Shown piece after piece: positions 49,886 to 63,246 of a stretch of 64,000 nucleotides of DNA. Both the position numbers and the translations under genes were made by a program. The notes below the pieces were generated by a model, which was not told where the DNA came from, ran no database searches, and saw only the letters and a program-made list of their open reading frames with translations. Numbering within the stretch: the stretch's first letter is position 1; each line of letters starts with the position of its first letter. This stretch comes from Octopus bimaculoides. Its lineage: Eukaryota. The stretch covers positions 140,522,850 to 140,586,849 of the forward strand of contig NC_068983.1 of the NCBI RefSeq assembly GCF_001194135.2, written 5' to 3'.

Positions 49886-52146
49886 ATTAAGTGCAGCAAA
49901 TACATGTGTGAGCGTATTATTTTGTACGTTTCTATGTANNNNNNNNNNNNNNNNNNNNNNNNNNNNNNNNNNNNNNNNNNNNNNNNNNNNNNNNNNNNNN
50001 NNNNNNNNNNNNNNNNNNNNNNNNNNNNNNNNNNNNNNNNNNNNNNNNNNNNNNNNNNNNNNNNNNNNNNNNNNNNNNNNNNNNNNNNNNNNNNNNNNNN
50101 NGTGGAAGGCACTTGCCTATGGTGAAACGCAGTGGGACTGAACCATGCTGTTATTAAGTGCAGCAAATACATGTGTGAGCGTATTATTTTGTACGTTTCT
50201 ATGTATTACCATAGAAAACTAGAAAAATAGTGATTGAGAAATTGACAGAGGGAGAGAAAAGAGGGTACAAGGAGGAGAGAAAATTGAGTTATCTTGGCAT
50301 TATAAATAATAATTACACTATTATTATACTGAATAATTTAAAATTTCATTTATGAATGTTGACATATTAAACTTATATATAAAACGTGTATCGTTGCACC
50401 CGCCCACATGCTTTCTATTCGTGACCCTCGCTTTTACATACACACATTCCCGCTGCATTACTTTTCATACACCTTCAAACCGCTCACTTTCATACACGCA
50501 TAGACATCCCTTATAATTTCTGCAATCATGTCTCCCTTTTTTTATAGAACTATTTTTTTTCTTTATACTAATATTCTATTGTACCTTCTTGCTTCTAACT
50601 TATGCATAACTTTCTTCCATATTCCACCCTCTCACACCCGTACGTTTAAATACATATATATACCCCACATTCCTCAAGCATTTTCAACTATCTCATAATC
50701 GAACCCATTCCCACATTCTTAGTTGAACGCTTTCCTCTGACACCATAACCGATGGCACACTGACACACGAACACGCAACACATTCAGTAACCCATGCCAC
50801 CATACCTCCGTACTTTCACACACATACGTGAAATCTTACACCAGAAATTTGCACACGTAACACTTCACTTTTTTACCAATCTCAAAAGACGGATACCCTC
50901 ATATATACAACTCGTTTCTCCTTTCCTAACTCTCCCCTCAGAAATTCATTACAAACTGGCTTGTAAAGCCACGCCTCCTTTTTTCATCTTCTCAATTAAT
51001 TTTCGTCTTTTGCACTCCTTTACTTTCATCTGTATTATTTTTCTCCCTTTTTATGCATTGCACTAATACAACACTTGTTAAATTTGTTCTCCCGGTGAAA
51101 TTCCCAGCCCTAGGTGGGGATTTACATGCGTAAAACCAATAGAGGAGGAAAGCCAACTCAGATCACTCAGTCTTTCCTCTAGATGTGATCTATTACCACT
51201 TTGGAGTCGTACAGTCGCTATTGCACTCAAATGACCTTACACTACTTAATGTTTGATCCTCCGAGGTACCTGTGGGGAAATCGTTTAGAATTTGGCAGAT
51301 AGATAAAAGTGAATGGTGGGAATTAACTAAAAGTAAAGGAACTCATAAAATCTACAAATATGTAAGGAAGATTAAAATGTTTATCGAAATTAAAGACAGG
51401 TGGAGATGAATGAAAAAACGAGTAAGAAAATAACTTATTCAATTAAATGAAACGATGTAGAGTAGGATCGATCTTAAATGATTCTGTTCCAAAAGTAAAA
51501 ATTAGGTCGACTGTTAGTGAGCATAATTAAAGGTGATATATTAGTGTTAGAATATCTGAATATCCACTATATAAATTTGATGCAAATATAAGATAGCATC
51601 AATACTGGAGCCTAAGCTGCTCATACTATACAGTACAATGTACCAAATATTAAGTTATCAAAAATGAGGTTCTTGATAATAACAGGTGCTTAAGCGGAGT
51701 CAAGGGATCACGTTTAAGAGGTTTATCAAAGTCTACGAAATTATCGCTGAAATTTTAACTACTCGTGTGTTATAAGAAAATGTATGGTGTGTAAAAAAGA
51801 TAGTGTAAACATTACATCAGGTGCTTCTCATTACCTTGTATTTCAAACTGAAATAACATTTTGCTTGTGTCCCTTCTATCCTATTCACCTTTCTTGTATG
51901 CTAATTATATTCGTGTCCGGCTTAATTTGATTTCATCTGGTTTTACTGAAAAATTTTACATTTTTGTCATGGTCGAACAAATATGGAGGTTATGTTGAAT
52001 TTTGAATTTCGTCAGAATGCAGTTGTTTCTGAAGACAGATTCGGTGTACATTCATACATAAATAAACACACACACAGACACGCACACACACAGACACGCA
52101 CACACACAGACACGCACAAACACACACACACACACANNNNNNNNNN

Positions 52147-52211
<65 letters not shown>

Positions 52212-53989
52212 TTTAGGTAATGGATTAGGTAAAATCCAGGTTACATATGTTTCCTAGCTAGTAGAACCCCGGGTTCTCCGCGAGCTGCTCATCACGCCAA
52301 AGATGCCTAAGTTAACTGAAGGTTACATTGATGTGAAATGATTAACTCGTAGAAGATTCGATCGAAAATGCATGGATAGCACAGTGAGAGAAGAAAAATG
52401 GAAAGCATATGTAGGAAGAAATAATATATGCGAGTGGGCAAATGTCTAAAGTTGTTAAGGAAAATAATTAGTATAAACATAAAGAAAAGGAAAGAGGGGA
52501 GAGTAGGGACAAAATCTTTTATAAGCATTAAGTCTGGCTAGGTGAATATAAGATGTTGCCATTTACAAAGTCTGCTGCAAAATAAATAAATATTTTGTAG
52601 CAACCTCTCAATACCTTTAAACATAATAGAATTAGGGTAGGTGCTGTGAAGGTTAAAATTGGCAAGGTGGTTTAAGGATGTGCTACGGTTGTAGGTTGGG
52701 AGCTGGAGGTTAGGGTGAGCTGTGTTACTGTGATTAAAGTTAATAAAAGGGAAGAATGTCAGGAGAGGTAGAGTAAAAGAAAATACAGAAGTAGTAGTAA
52801 ATTAGAATTTGTTAGAAGAGAGGGAAAAAGTGGGGGGAGATAGAAAATAACATTGCTGGCCGATAGGGGAACATAGTAGTTCTGGGTAGGTTGGTAGTTT
52901 ATCACTTAACAGTATGATTACACAAGCGTATATCAGCGTTGTGTTAATGTGATTATCAAAGATAGCAGCACCACCATTGCCGGCAATAACAATAACAATA
53001 GCGACAGGTAGAATTATCTGAACGTGTACCGTTCGATAGTCCTCGGTGACGATGTCTACGGAACAGACAAAACTAGACGTCAGCCGGCTAGACGTCAGCA
53101 TGTGTGTATACGCGCTCTTCCTACATAATTAAGAGTATTTTAATTCTTATTTCTAGCAATGTAACCGCGTCAGCACTCCTAGTCATACTTAATGACGACT
53201 GAATTTTTCCCTTATGCTATCACATTGCGCCTAGTTTAAGTATTGGGTATTTTCCTAGCAGTAAGCCGATGAAGCACGTCCATCCACATCATTGGATCTA
53301 CCTCGGGAATTCCCCAGTGTACGTTGAATATATAACAAATGACAGAGACGGAAAATGGAATATACGAGAAACTTTATTGCTTAGGGAGGTATGTGTGTAC
53401 ACAAAACAGCTAGTGTGAGTATGAAGGTATCTGTATGTGGGTACTAACACAAATAATGTTTAACTTTATTGTATGTTTTATTTTTATTTTCTGTCTTATT
53501 TTTCTTAATTACTCCCTATTTTTGTCTATAAAGTCGCAATGGAATCCGTCCCTCACCATTCCTACCATTCCTGCATAACGGTTTAAAAATACTATCACTA
53601 ACAACGTGCTGTTTCAAAACTGAGCGAAACAGAGTTTATTTATCGTGATACTCCATATCACATCACGTGGAGAGATGCGTCTCCTCCGAAGGATGCACCA
53701 CAGCCAGTTGTACAGCATCCCACCCACGAGTGATCGATTTCAAGACGGTGTCCCAGCATGCGGCACGCTTATGACTGAAATGAGGAAAGCATAAATGACA
53801 AATAAATACACACACACACACACTAATGTGTGCGTGTTTGCGTGTGTATGGATGGATGGATGGATGGATGGCGCAACAAATTATTAAAGACGTTAAATCA
53901 TTGCAGAGAATAATTTGCGGTGTTGTTTCCGACTATGTACGTTTAGATTTCAATTATCACTATGTTCTACTTCACCTGCAATACAATTA

Positions 53990-55151
53990 TCAGGTCATCC
54001 CAAACGTTCTGTCCGAATTTTGAAAAAAGAAGACAAGTGATGTTATATTTGATTGAAATTTATTCATCAATGTACTTTCCCTGATTATCTATGACTTCCA
54101 TCTATTTACAATCCCACCAACGTAAAACTCTTTCGGTTTGAAAGCGAAGAAATCTGAAATGTCAGTGTCAACCACCTCCTGGCTTGCGAAAGTTATGTCC
54201 CCCAAATGATTTTGTAAGCTAAGAAACAAATAGTAGTCTGAAGGAGCAAAGCTGGGAAAATAAGATGGATGAGGAATTTTTTCACAACCAAGCTCTTCAA
54301 TCTTCTGTGATGTGATCTTTGCAGTGTGGAGTCCCGCATTGTCCTGATGAAACATCACTAGTTTTCGATTCACTTAAGCGAGTTTTTCTTTTTTCAAAGC
54401 TTGGTTCAAACGAGTATTGATTGTTGCATTAGGTGGGAATAATTCAAAGTGAATTATTCCTTTCCAATCCCACCAGATAGAGAGAAGGACCTTTTTTCCN
54501 NNNNNNNNNNNNNNNNNNNNNNNNNNNNNNNNNNNNNNNNNNNNNNNNNNNNNNNNNNNNNNNNNNNNNNNNNNNNNNNNNNNNNNNNNNNNNNNNNNNN
54601 NNNNNNNNNNNNNNNNNNNNNNGACAAATCATTTTCCAAGTTAGAAACCTTTTCAAGTTGTTGAAGATGACGATGAACAGCTGGTTTGAACTAAGCTTTA
54701 TTGCCAATTCTTCAACTGATAATGCAGGATTTTCTTCAAGTAGTGCCTCAAGGAGCTTATCAAACTCAACTGGACGTCCTGTTCGATCTTTATCATCAAG
54801 GCTGAAATCTCCACTTCTGAATTTCCCAAACCATCTTCTGCAAGTTCTTTGATTCAAGCTTTCTTTTCTATAAACTAAGTGTATGCTTCGAGTTGCTTTG
54901 GTTGCAAAGTTTCCTTTTTTATACTCATAAAGCATTATGTGCCTCAAATGCTCTTTGGATACTTCCATGTTAGAAAGGGTTTTAATCAAAGAAATTTTAA
55001 TTCAATTATTCTGTGAAATAATATTTAATTAGTTTAAATGTACACAAATGCATAAAAATATTCTTAAATTCCATTAAGCATTCTAAAATACTATTAAACT
55101 TCATTCAATTTTAAAAAGGTACAATCGAAAAGAACTTATGGGATAACCTGA
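53990..55151 (-). mobile_element. Full-span mariner DNA transposon with TIRs and TA target duplication; transposase disrupted
   Basis: Left TA|TCAGGTCATCCCAAACGTTCT and right (reverse complement) TA|TCAGGTTATCCCATAAGTTCT. Transposase MEVSKEHLRHIMLYEYKKG..RRWFGKFRSGDFSLDDKDRTGRP from 54968, then FHQDNA and HPSYFPSFAPSDYYLF (HPPYSPDLAPSD-like). Confidence 0.93.
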
Positions 55152-55987
55152 TATTTACCTTTGATTATACACAATATTTTTATATGTAAGGTATTAGTAG
55201 AAAATGTATCAACAATTTTTTACACGATACAATGTTGTGTAATAATATTCATACATTCTCCAAGAGTTGTCTATATTTCTGATAAGATATCAAATTGTGA
55301 ATTTATTAAAATTTTTTATATACATTTTTTGTTCTTTGATTTTTATCAATACTGTATTTTCCGAAATAAGCCAAATGACAAAGAACACTAATATAAAATG
55401 CATTGCAAATTCAAGTGAGATGGAAATAATTACTTATAGATTCGTATTTCCTAAACAACTTGTGATAAGGAAAAGCCATAGTCAAGATTGCATTATATTT
55501 TATGTGTATGTATATGTAAATATATTTTCGAGTAAATAGGTTTATATACTCTAGAGTGCAACTTATCGGAATTAAACAGATACAGTATCATATAATATAA
55601 AATCTGAGTGACGAACGTTTCCTAAATAAATATTGCATATGGCTGAAAAATATATATGGTTCTCAAACTAAGTGTAGACTGTAGTATTTAATTCAATGTA
55701 AAGTATGTTGTCTCTCATGAAATATACTTTCGCATGTTTTCAATAATTTCAAAATTTGCAATAATATAGTGCCAGTTAAATCACATGTATACGATGATAA
55801 TTTTTCATATCTACCTCCATAGAAATTTAGCAATAGCACACAAGCATACATACATAAACGCATATTTAACGTACGAGTTACAAATCAGCTATTGTAATTA
55901 TAGATATCGCATGGAATTGCAATAACAATTAAAGTTGTTTAAGAAACACACATCGCTGTCTGTGCCTCTCACATAACTCTCTTTTAC

Positions 55988-56045
<58 letters not shown>

Positions 56046-56199
56046 TGTATGTATGTATGTATTTATATGTGTATACTGAGAGAGGTTTCGGGGAAAATTT
56101 CCTCATGTCATGTCTAACTTAATAGCACCACCTGGAAAAGATATTGAATTATATACAATATTAGTCCTTCTTTGGGAACCATATCTCATTGGAGTAAAA

Positions 56200-57420
56200 A
56201 CTTGTTGTTTGCAGAGTATATCCGAGTGTGCGTATTTTATCTGGGAGACACACTGCCTGGGCCGTTTTGAATTTTAGATGTTATTCGTTTTTTATATGTC
56301 TTAACATGGTGTCAAACAAAGAGAGCAGGATCAATTGAGGTGAAATAGTTCTTAGCGTAGAGATGTAACGCGTACATGATTTTTGTAGAGGATGGATAGC
56401 ACAGGGACCAAGCCTTGAGTGAATTTTCATGTTGATACCAGCATAATTTGGGCAGCGCTGTCGGAATATTATACATATCATAGAAATGATATAGCGCTAA
56501 CAACGACGTTAGAGAGAAGAAAGTTTTGAATTGACGAGGTGATCCCAGTAATCATGGTCTGTCATGTGGTCTGTTTTCTTTGTGATCGACTGCTATTTTT
56601 ATGATATTTTGTTTCATGCAGAGAGACTGCAGCGGATAACAGTTATCGAGGTGAGGAAAGGCGAATTTCGAGAAGAGAAGGACAATGGTAGGAGCGCATG
56701 CAGGCCATGTCGAATTTGTTGTTTAAGTTGTGCTATACAGATATTCCTAGGTCCTAGCGGTGTTTGTTGCCACCAGACTTTCGACAGAGGGAAAAGTGTA
56801 TGGTAGCGTAAGTGCAGCCTCTTTACCAAAGTGAATTAATTTATCTCGGTTAGCAGCATATTGTGTTTTCCTGCCCGTCGGATAACAGCGAGCAGATCTG
56901 CTTGGAGATTAGTCCGGTCTCCTACCTTGTCAAAAATCTTCAGAAACTTCTAGCCATCTGCAAATGTTCTAAAGCTGGTGTGTCAGTGATGACATTGATG
57001 TAAATAATGAAAAGGAGCAGGCCCAGTAAGATGCCTTGTGGGACACCGCTGATTACTTCAATATTCGATAGTTTCTCTAATAAGATGCTGTGGTCAGCCT
57101 TACTGAATTCCAAGTAGTTGACATCTACGTTTGGAGCCCTCTCCCAGAGCTTTTACAATATCATCAACATGATACAGGAGCTGTGTTGGGCAGCTTTTAC
57201 ATCTCCGGAAAACGCGTTGGTTAGGAATAAATAGGCTGTTACTTTCCAGGAAGTGAGGTACTCTGAAATAATTTGATGATTTGATAGATTAGTGAAACTG
57301 GTCGGTAATTCACTGCCGGTGATTTTTTGGCATCGTTTGAAAACCACATGCATCTGGTGATTTCCTCCAGAGAATAGCTGAAGGAAAATATTGTTGATGA
57401 CATCAAACCTTCAGGACTGT
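56200..57420 (-). mobile_element. Degenerate CR1-group LINE RT
   Basis: NYRPVSL, DVNYLEFSK..DHSILLEKL, SGVPQGILLGLLLFI, FADG, DYWDHL..FSL*RR on the minus strand. Confidence 0.82.
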
Positions 57421-57751
57421 AATGGGATCTTAACCATGTCTTGTGGACAGCCATGCAGAGTGTTGTTTCATCTATCAGCACTCCAACAGATGAGAAAGAA
57501 CCGTGTCCTTTTCCACAACTCAGGTACTAAGCAAGCACCCAGAGGGAACAAAAACAGAAGCAAATTCAACCCCGTCACAAAGTATTTCACCCACCCTGAA
57601 AACAGAACATTCAGTAGTAACACTAGCAGATCAAACAAAAGAGAAAACTGTCAATGTAACCACAACTCAGCCGCCAAATTCTCTCTAGCTGAGTAAATTC
57701 TTTTATATCCACGCAGAACCTAGCAGAAGAGATTCAGAAACAAGCACTATC

Positions 57752-58017
57752 CGAATAAGATCGATGCCAGGCCGCCTGACTGGCTCCTGTGCCGGTGGCA
57801 CGTAAAAAGTACCCATTACACTCTCAGAGTGGTTGGTGTTAGAAAGGGCATCCAGCTGTAGAAACGTTGCCACATCAGACTGGAGCCTGGTGCAGCGGCT
57901 GGTTTTCCAGACCTCAGTTAAAACGTCCAACGCATGCCACCATGTAAAATGGACGTTAAATGATGTTGTTGTTGTTGTTGATGATGATGAAGATAATGAT
58001 GATGATGATGATGATGA
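57752..58017 (+). mobile_element. SINE/LINE 3' tail with (GTT/GAT)n tail
   Basis: GCCGGTGGCACGTAAAAAG..GTGGTTGGTGTTAGAAAGGGCATCCAGCTGTAGAAAC..GGACGTTAAATGATG plus a trinucleotide tail. This resembles an RTE-like 3' end. Confidence 0.65.
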
Positions 58018-59124
58018 TTGTATCAATTTCAATGTGTATAATATAAATTCACAAAATGTTTCTGAAATCTCAAAAAATAACAAAATGTTACAATGGCGTC
58101 ATATGGCGTGCGTAAAGTAGAATTCCGGCAATATTTCATTTGTTTACAGTTGACAACACGTGCTGTCACGCACAAAATGACAGCTCCCAAATCTTGTTTT
58201 TTCACTGGTTAAAAATAATCAAAATTTAAACCTCCAAAGTCGCTGGTGTTTTCTGCGTTGGCAAAACTGTTATTATGTCATTGCTAACATATAGTGGATC
58301 AGTATTAAAGCATGAACTGAGTACGTGCGACGGCGTCCTGGGCTAGAACAAAATATTGTTGTAGACGCATGATAGGAAATCTTTATTGTGCGTAACCCAA
58401 CATTGAGATCAGTTCAAATATGTTTGGGGCGTACGTGATCGACAAGAAAAAAAAAGTGTTCTCTGTTGTTTGCCGTTGATAAAAGCTCTTTGCTTTAGAC
58501 AAGGCATGTGAAAACATCGTACAACCAGAGGATGAATATGAAATGTCTTTAGGTGTTTTATTAGCTATTTCTTGAAGCAGTGCCACAGAATATTTATGTA
58601 CTGGTTTACAATAAACTAGAAAAGAATGGGAACATTAATAAGTGTAACTATTTAGCAATACATGTCTTAACTATATCACATCTTGAAGGTGCAATACACA
58701 GCTACGAAGTATCTCATAAATTTACCGGTTAGCGAAGCTTTAAAATCCGAAGATGCAAACACAAGCATCGATTATGTCACTTTTCTGTGAAGAATGAAAG
58801 GCATGTATTCATAACGACCCAAAAATGTCATCTAAGTAATACCTCCGACTCGATATGGTGTTATTGCTAAAGCAATATAGAATTCCATCCGCAGATGTGA
58901 TTAAGCTACAATGAATAAAAACTACGCTTCTGCTATGGAACACATACATAGCTCAAAGATTCTTTGGCGAATATTCCCATTATAACATAACAGATCTGGC
59001 ACTCACTCTTTTGTTTTTAGATAGAATAGATTGTTGTAGGTGTTAGTTAATATGTTAATATCTCTCCCAAAATGAGCAAGAAGGAGAATATCTATGGGTA
59101 CCTGCTTCAAAATATAAAACTCCT

Positions 59125-59205
59125 AGACCCAGGATTTATTCTTTGTAACTGTAGAACTAATTCTGTCGGTGTCTTGTGCCGAACCGGTTAGTTACGGGGA
59201 CGTAC
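59125..59205 (-). mobile_element. SINE fragment (same family as 1590-1704)
   Basis: GACCCAGGATTTATTCTTTGTAA..GCCGAACCGGTTAGTTACGGGGACGTA is the reverse complement of 1612-1695. Confidence 0.7.
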
Positions 59206-59209
59206 ACAC

Positions 59210-59241
59210 AACCCTAACCCTAACCCTAACCCTAACCGTAA
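59210..59241. repeat. Short interstitial telomeric repeat (CCCTAA)4 + CCGTAA
   Basis: AACCCTAACCCTAACCCTAACCCTAACCGTAA is directly visible. Confidence 0.8.
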
Positions 59242-59957
59242 CAGACAGTATGTTAAAGTCTGTCATACCGGCCATGATGAAATACCACAAGGTATAGAAT
59301 ATACGTATTCGCCTTTATATATTTAATCCTTTATATTGAACACTCAATATTTCATCTATTCAATAAGACATATTCCATATATTCAATAAGACATTCAATA
59401 CTTTATTTCATTGTACCATCCATTTTTATTTTATATTATATATTGNNNNNNNNNNNNNNNNNNNNNNNNNNNNNNNNNNNNNNNNNNNNNNNNNNNNNNN
59501 NNNNNNNNNNNNNNNNNNNNNNNNNNNNNNNNNNNNNNNNNNNNNNNNNNNNNNNNNNNNNNNNNNNNNNNNNNNNNNNNNNNNNNNNNNNNNNNNNNNN
59601 NNNNNNNNNNNNNNNNNNNNNNNNNNNNNNNNNNNNNNNNNNNNNNNNNNNNNNNNNNNNNNNNNNNNNNNNNNNNNNNNNNNNNNNNNNNNNNNNNNNN
59701 NNNNNNNNNNNNNNNNNNNNNNNNNNNNNNNNNNNNNNNNNNNNNNNNNNNNNNNNNNNNNNNNNNNNNNNNNNNNNNNNNNNNNNNNNNNNNNNNNNNN
59801 NNNNNNNNNNNNNNNNNNNNNNNNNNNNNNNNNNNNNNNNNNNNNNNNNNNNNNNNNNNNNNNNNNNNNNNNNNNNNNNNNNNNNNNNNNNNNNNNNNNN
59901 NNNNNNNNNNNNNNNNNNNNNNNNNNNNNNNNNNNNNNNNNNNNNNNNNNNNNNNNN

Positions 59958-60046
59958 AAGAAGAAGAAGAAGAAGAAGAAGAAGAAGAAGAAGAAGAAGA
60001 AGAAGAAGAAGAAGAAGAACAACAACAACAACAACAACAACAACAG

Positions 60047-60077
<31 letters not shown>
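59958..60077. repeat. Compound (AAG)n(AAC)n microsatellite
   Basis: Directly visible, at a gap edge. Confidence 0.95.
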
Positions 60078-60229
60078 AATGCGGGAGTGCTATGATAGTA
60101 GTATGATGATAAATGGTCAAGTGTGCTGAAAGTAACTTATTGTGTGTGGTAGTAGTGATTGAATTCTTGAGATATCTCTTTTGAATGTATTGTTTATAAT
60201 ATTTGCGTAGGTGTTATTCTAAACAACAG

Positions 60230-61860
60230 TAGTAATGGGCTCACCGGTAAAGAATATGACTATATGACCAATTTCAAAAGTAAAACCAGTTAATTCTACG
60301 GTAATCCCACGATACACAAAAGTGAGAAAATAAGTAACGCATGCAGAATAGCCAGAGATATACTAATCACAGTCCCTACTCCTAATGACCTCAAATTGAG
60401 ACCTATAATAGCAGGTCCCGCTTCAGTAACTTTTTAGATACACTTTTAAAACCACTCCTCAAGCATGTCAAAAGCTATATAAGGGATGACCTGGATAGGC
60501 TCAATCACCTTCCTGAAACAATTAAAAAAAGCATCCTACTAGTATCCTTCGATGTTGTCAACCTCTATTCCAATATCCCTCACAACCTAGGAATAGAGGC
60601 AATTCAGTTTTGGTTAGAGAATCACGGCAACGAACTCTCACATCGCATCAAACAAGAATTCGTGATAGAAGGGCTAGAATTTATCTTGGAGATAAACTAC
60701 TCCGTCTTCAAAGATAATTTCTATCTACAAAAAACGGGGACTGCAATGGGTACGAGAATGGCCCCCTCCTTTGCTAACCTAGTGAGGGGATATCTAGAAA
60801 TTAGTCTTTATCGCAAGGTTCAATAAAATACGGCAGCCCATTCTTCCTTTACATAGAAAAATAACCGGAAGAGATACCTGGATGACAGTTTCATTCTTTG
60901 GCATGAACGTATAGAGAGACGTAAAGAATTTCGAGCACTTATAAAAGTACTTGACGATGGAATATAACCATCAATAACTACCCTTCCTCGACATCCTCAT
61001 TAAGAAATCTAACAACGTAATAGAAACAAATGTAAACTATAAGCCAACGGACTCTATGCAATATCTACCGTTCAACTCATGCCACCCCAGACACACCAGA
61101 TTGAAAATCCCCTTCAACTTAGCAAAAAGGATATGTACTATAGTTTATAATGCAAGCACCAGGGACACACGACTACATGAACTAAAGGATACACTCATGA
61201 CCAGGAACTACCCACCTTCACTAACTGACATATGCTTTCAACGTGCCTTATAACTCAACATCCACGAACTCAGACATCCCAAATTAAAGAAGCATTTACA
61301 ACCAAAAGCCCTACCATACATCTCCACACACAACCTTCTTAACAATGAAGCCTTTGACACAAGCCTTCAAAACATTTCCCCGCGAAAAAAGGACCAAAGA
61401 ATGGAATGAACTTAATCCTCCAAACACACACTATCATAAAAAGGAAGAGACTACCCAAATCTATGAAATATCTTGTAACATAAGCCCGAATACGCTCAGC
61501 AACAACACTGAAGTCATCAGTAAAAGAATGCGGAAGACCCAACTGTGAGATATGTGTCAATTTAATTGAGGGATCAGAGTTCTACTTCAAACAGGGACAA
61601 CGTTTCACAGTGAAAAGCAGTTTGACATGTGCTTCGGAGAACCTGATATACGCACAAACCTGCTCTGGGTTTCAAGGACAATTCATAAGCCAAACAAAAG
61701 ACAGCGTACGTCAAAGGATGGCTCTTCATCAAAAATAGCATTCAGCCAAAACATCGACATTTAGACCAATAACAAAAATCCAAGCTTCAGAAATTTTTCC
61801 CCTCTATCAATTCAAGGACGATGAGTTTCTCTTTATTACAAAATACAGACCCCCTTTGAA
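60230..61860 (+). mobile_element. Degenerate Penelope-like element (same family as 34170-36168)
   Basis: FYGNPTIHKS, LKLRPIIAGP, LVSFDVVNLYSNIPH, GTAMGTRMAPSFANL, RYLDDSFILW, QYLPFNSCHP, CGRPNCEIC..LTCASENLIY. Stops and frameshifts throughout. Confidence 0.9.
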
Positions 61861-63210
61861 CGCATCTACAACAAATGACATATTCCCCACGACCTTGGAA
61901 TAACACACACGCAAATATTAAAAATGATACATTCAAAAGAGATACCCAAAATTTCATTAAAAACAGCCCCGTTCACTGTTATAATCCACAATGAGCCACT
62001 TTTAGGTCACTTGACCATTTAACATCCTACTACTATCCTGCTGCCTGCATTGTCGTATTATTCTTTCTCTTTTTCTTTGTCTACTTCTTCTTCTTCGTTT
62101 TCTTCCTCTCCGCCACTTTCTTTCAAATTTTAATAATTCCGGAGTTTAGAATATCACCTACGCAAATATTATAAACAATACATTCAAAAGAGACATCTCA
62201 AGAATTTAATCTCTGCTACCATACGCAAGTCACTTTCAGGGCACGTGACCATTTAACATCCTACTATAATCATAGCATTCCGGCATTATTTTCTTCTTCT
62301 TCTTCTCACATATCGATATAACGCTGAGTTCGTAGTACGATATGAAATACTGAACGGCAGTTAGTTTAATGTATGTTTTCTTTGTTTTTTTTTTTTTTAC
62401 ATAGGATGTGATNNNNNNNNNNTGAACGGCAGTTAGTTTAATGTATGTTTTCTTTGTTTTTTTTTTTTTTACATAGGATGTGATTGGATTATGTTTGTAT
62501 TGGTGCCAACAGTTTTAGTGATTGAGGTACAATATGATATTTATTTTCTCACTTGTATAGCATAAGTAATATTATTCCAACTAGGGTAACATTCTACAGC
62601 TCTGAACATCGGAAAGATCATTGCATATTGAAATACCGGTAATTTGAGGAAAATTTTGATAACTCAAGACACATTGCGATTGTGGAGAGAGATAGAAGAA
62701 ACTCTGATTGAGGTGAAACTATGTTGCATTTACGAAAACTAGTTACAACAGCTATATACTAGTTAGGCTACATAGCTAATAACCTCGAAAAAGTTGAGAA
62801 TTAACGCCTGCAAACACATCAATGGCAGACATGTTATACAAGATGTCAATTCGGAGAAAATCAACGTGTTTTCTTTCTGTTGACTTATATTTGTTTATTT
62901 GCATTAAAAATATAAAAAAGTATGTTCAACATTCTTAATCAATATGAGCTGAAATAAAGATCACACATGGAATCCTTCGTTTCATATATATAATCATTTT
63001 AAAGATATGACTCCTATATCCATATCTATTACGAAGCACATTTTCAGATGACACATTACTTTCTCCCATATATAAATAATGGTGTTTCCAATAATATCAA
63101 TTTATCTACAAGAACTTGGCTTCTTTACAATATATCTGAAAAACATATATGCGTGTATGCGTGTAGGCGTGTATGCGTGTATGGTGTGTGTGTGTGTGTG
63201 TGTGTGTGTG

Positions 63211-63246
<36 letters not shown>

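Noticed and set aside
58380-59040. Complex sequence with protein-like translated patches
   Set aside because: Many stops and no family I can recognise. Needs BLASTx.
8864-60129. Numerous long ORFs made of X, YI, HT or CV runs
   Set aside because: Artefacts of N gaps and dinucleotide microsatellites.
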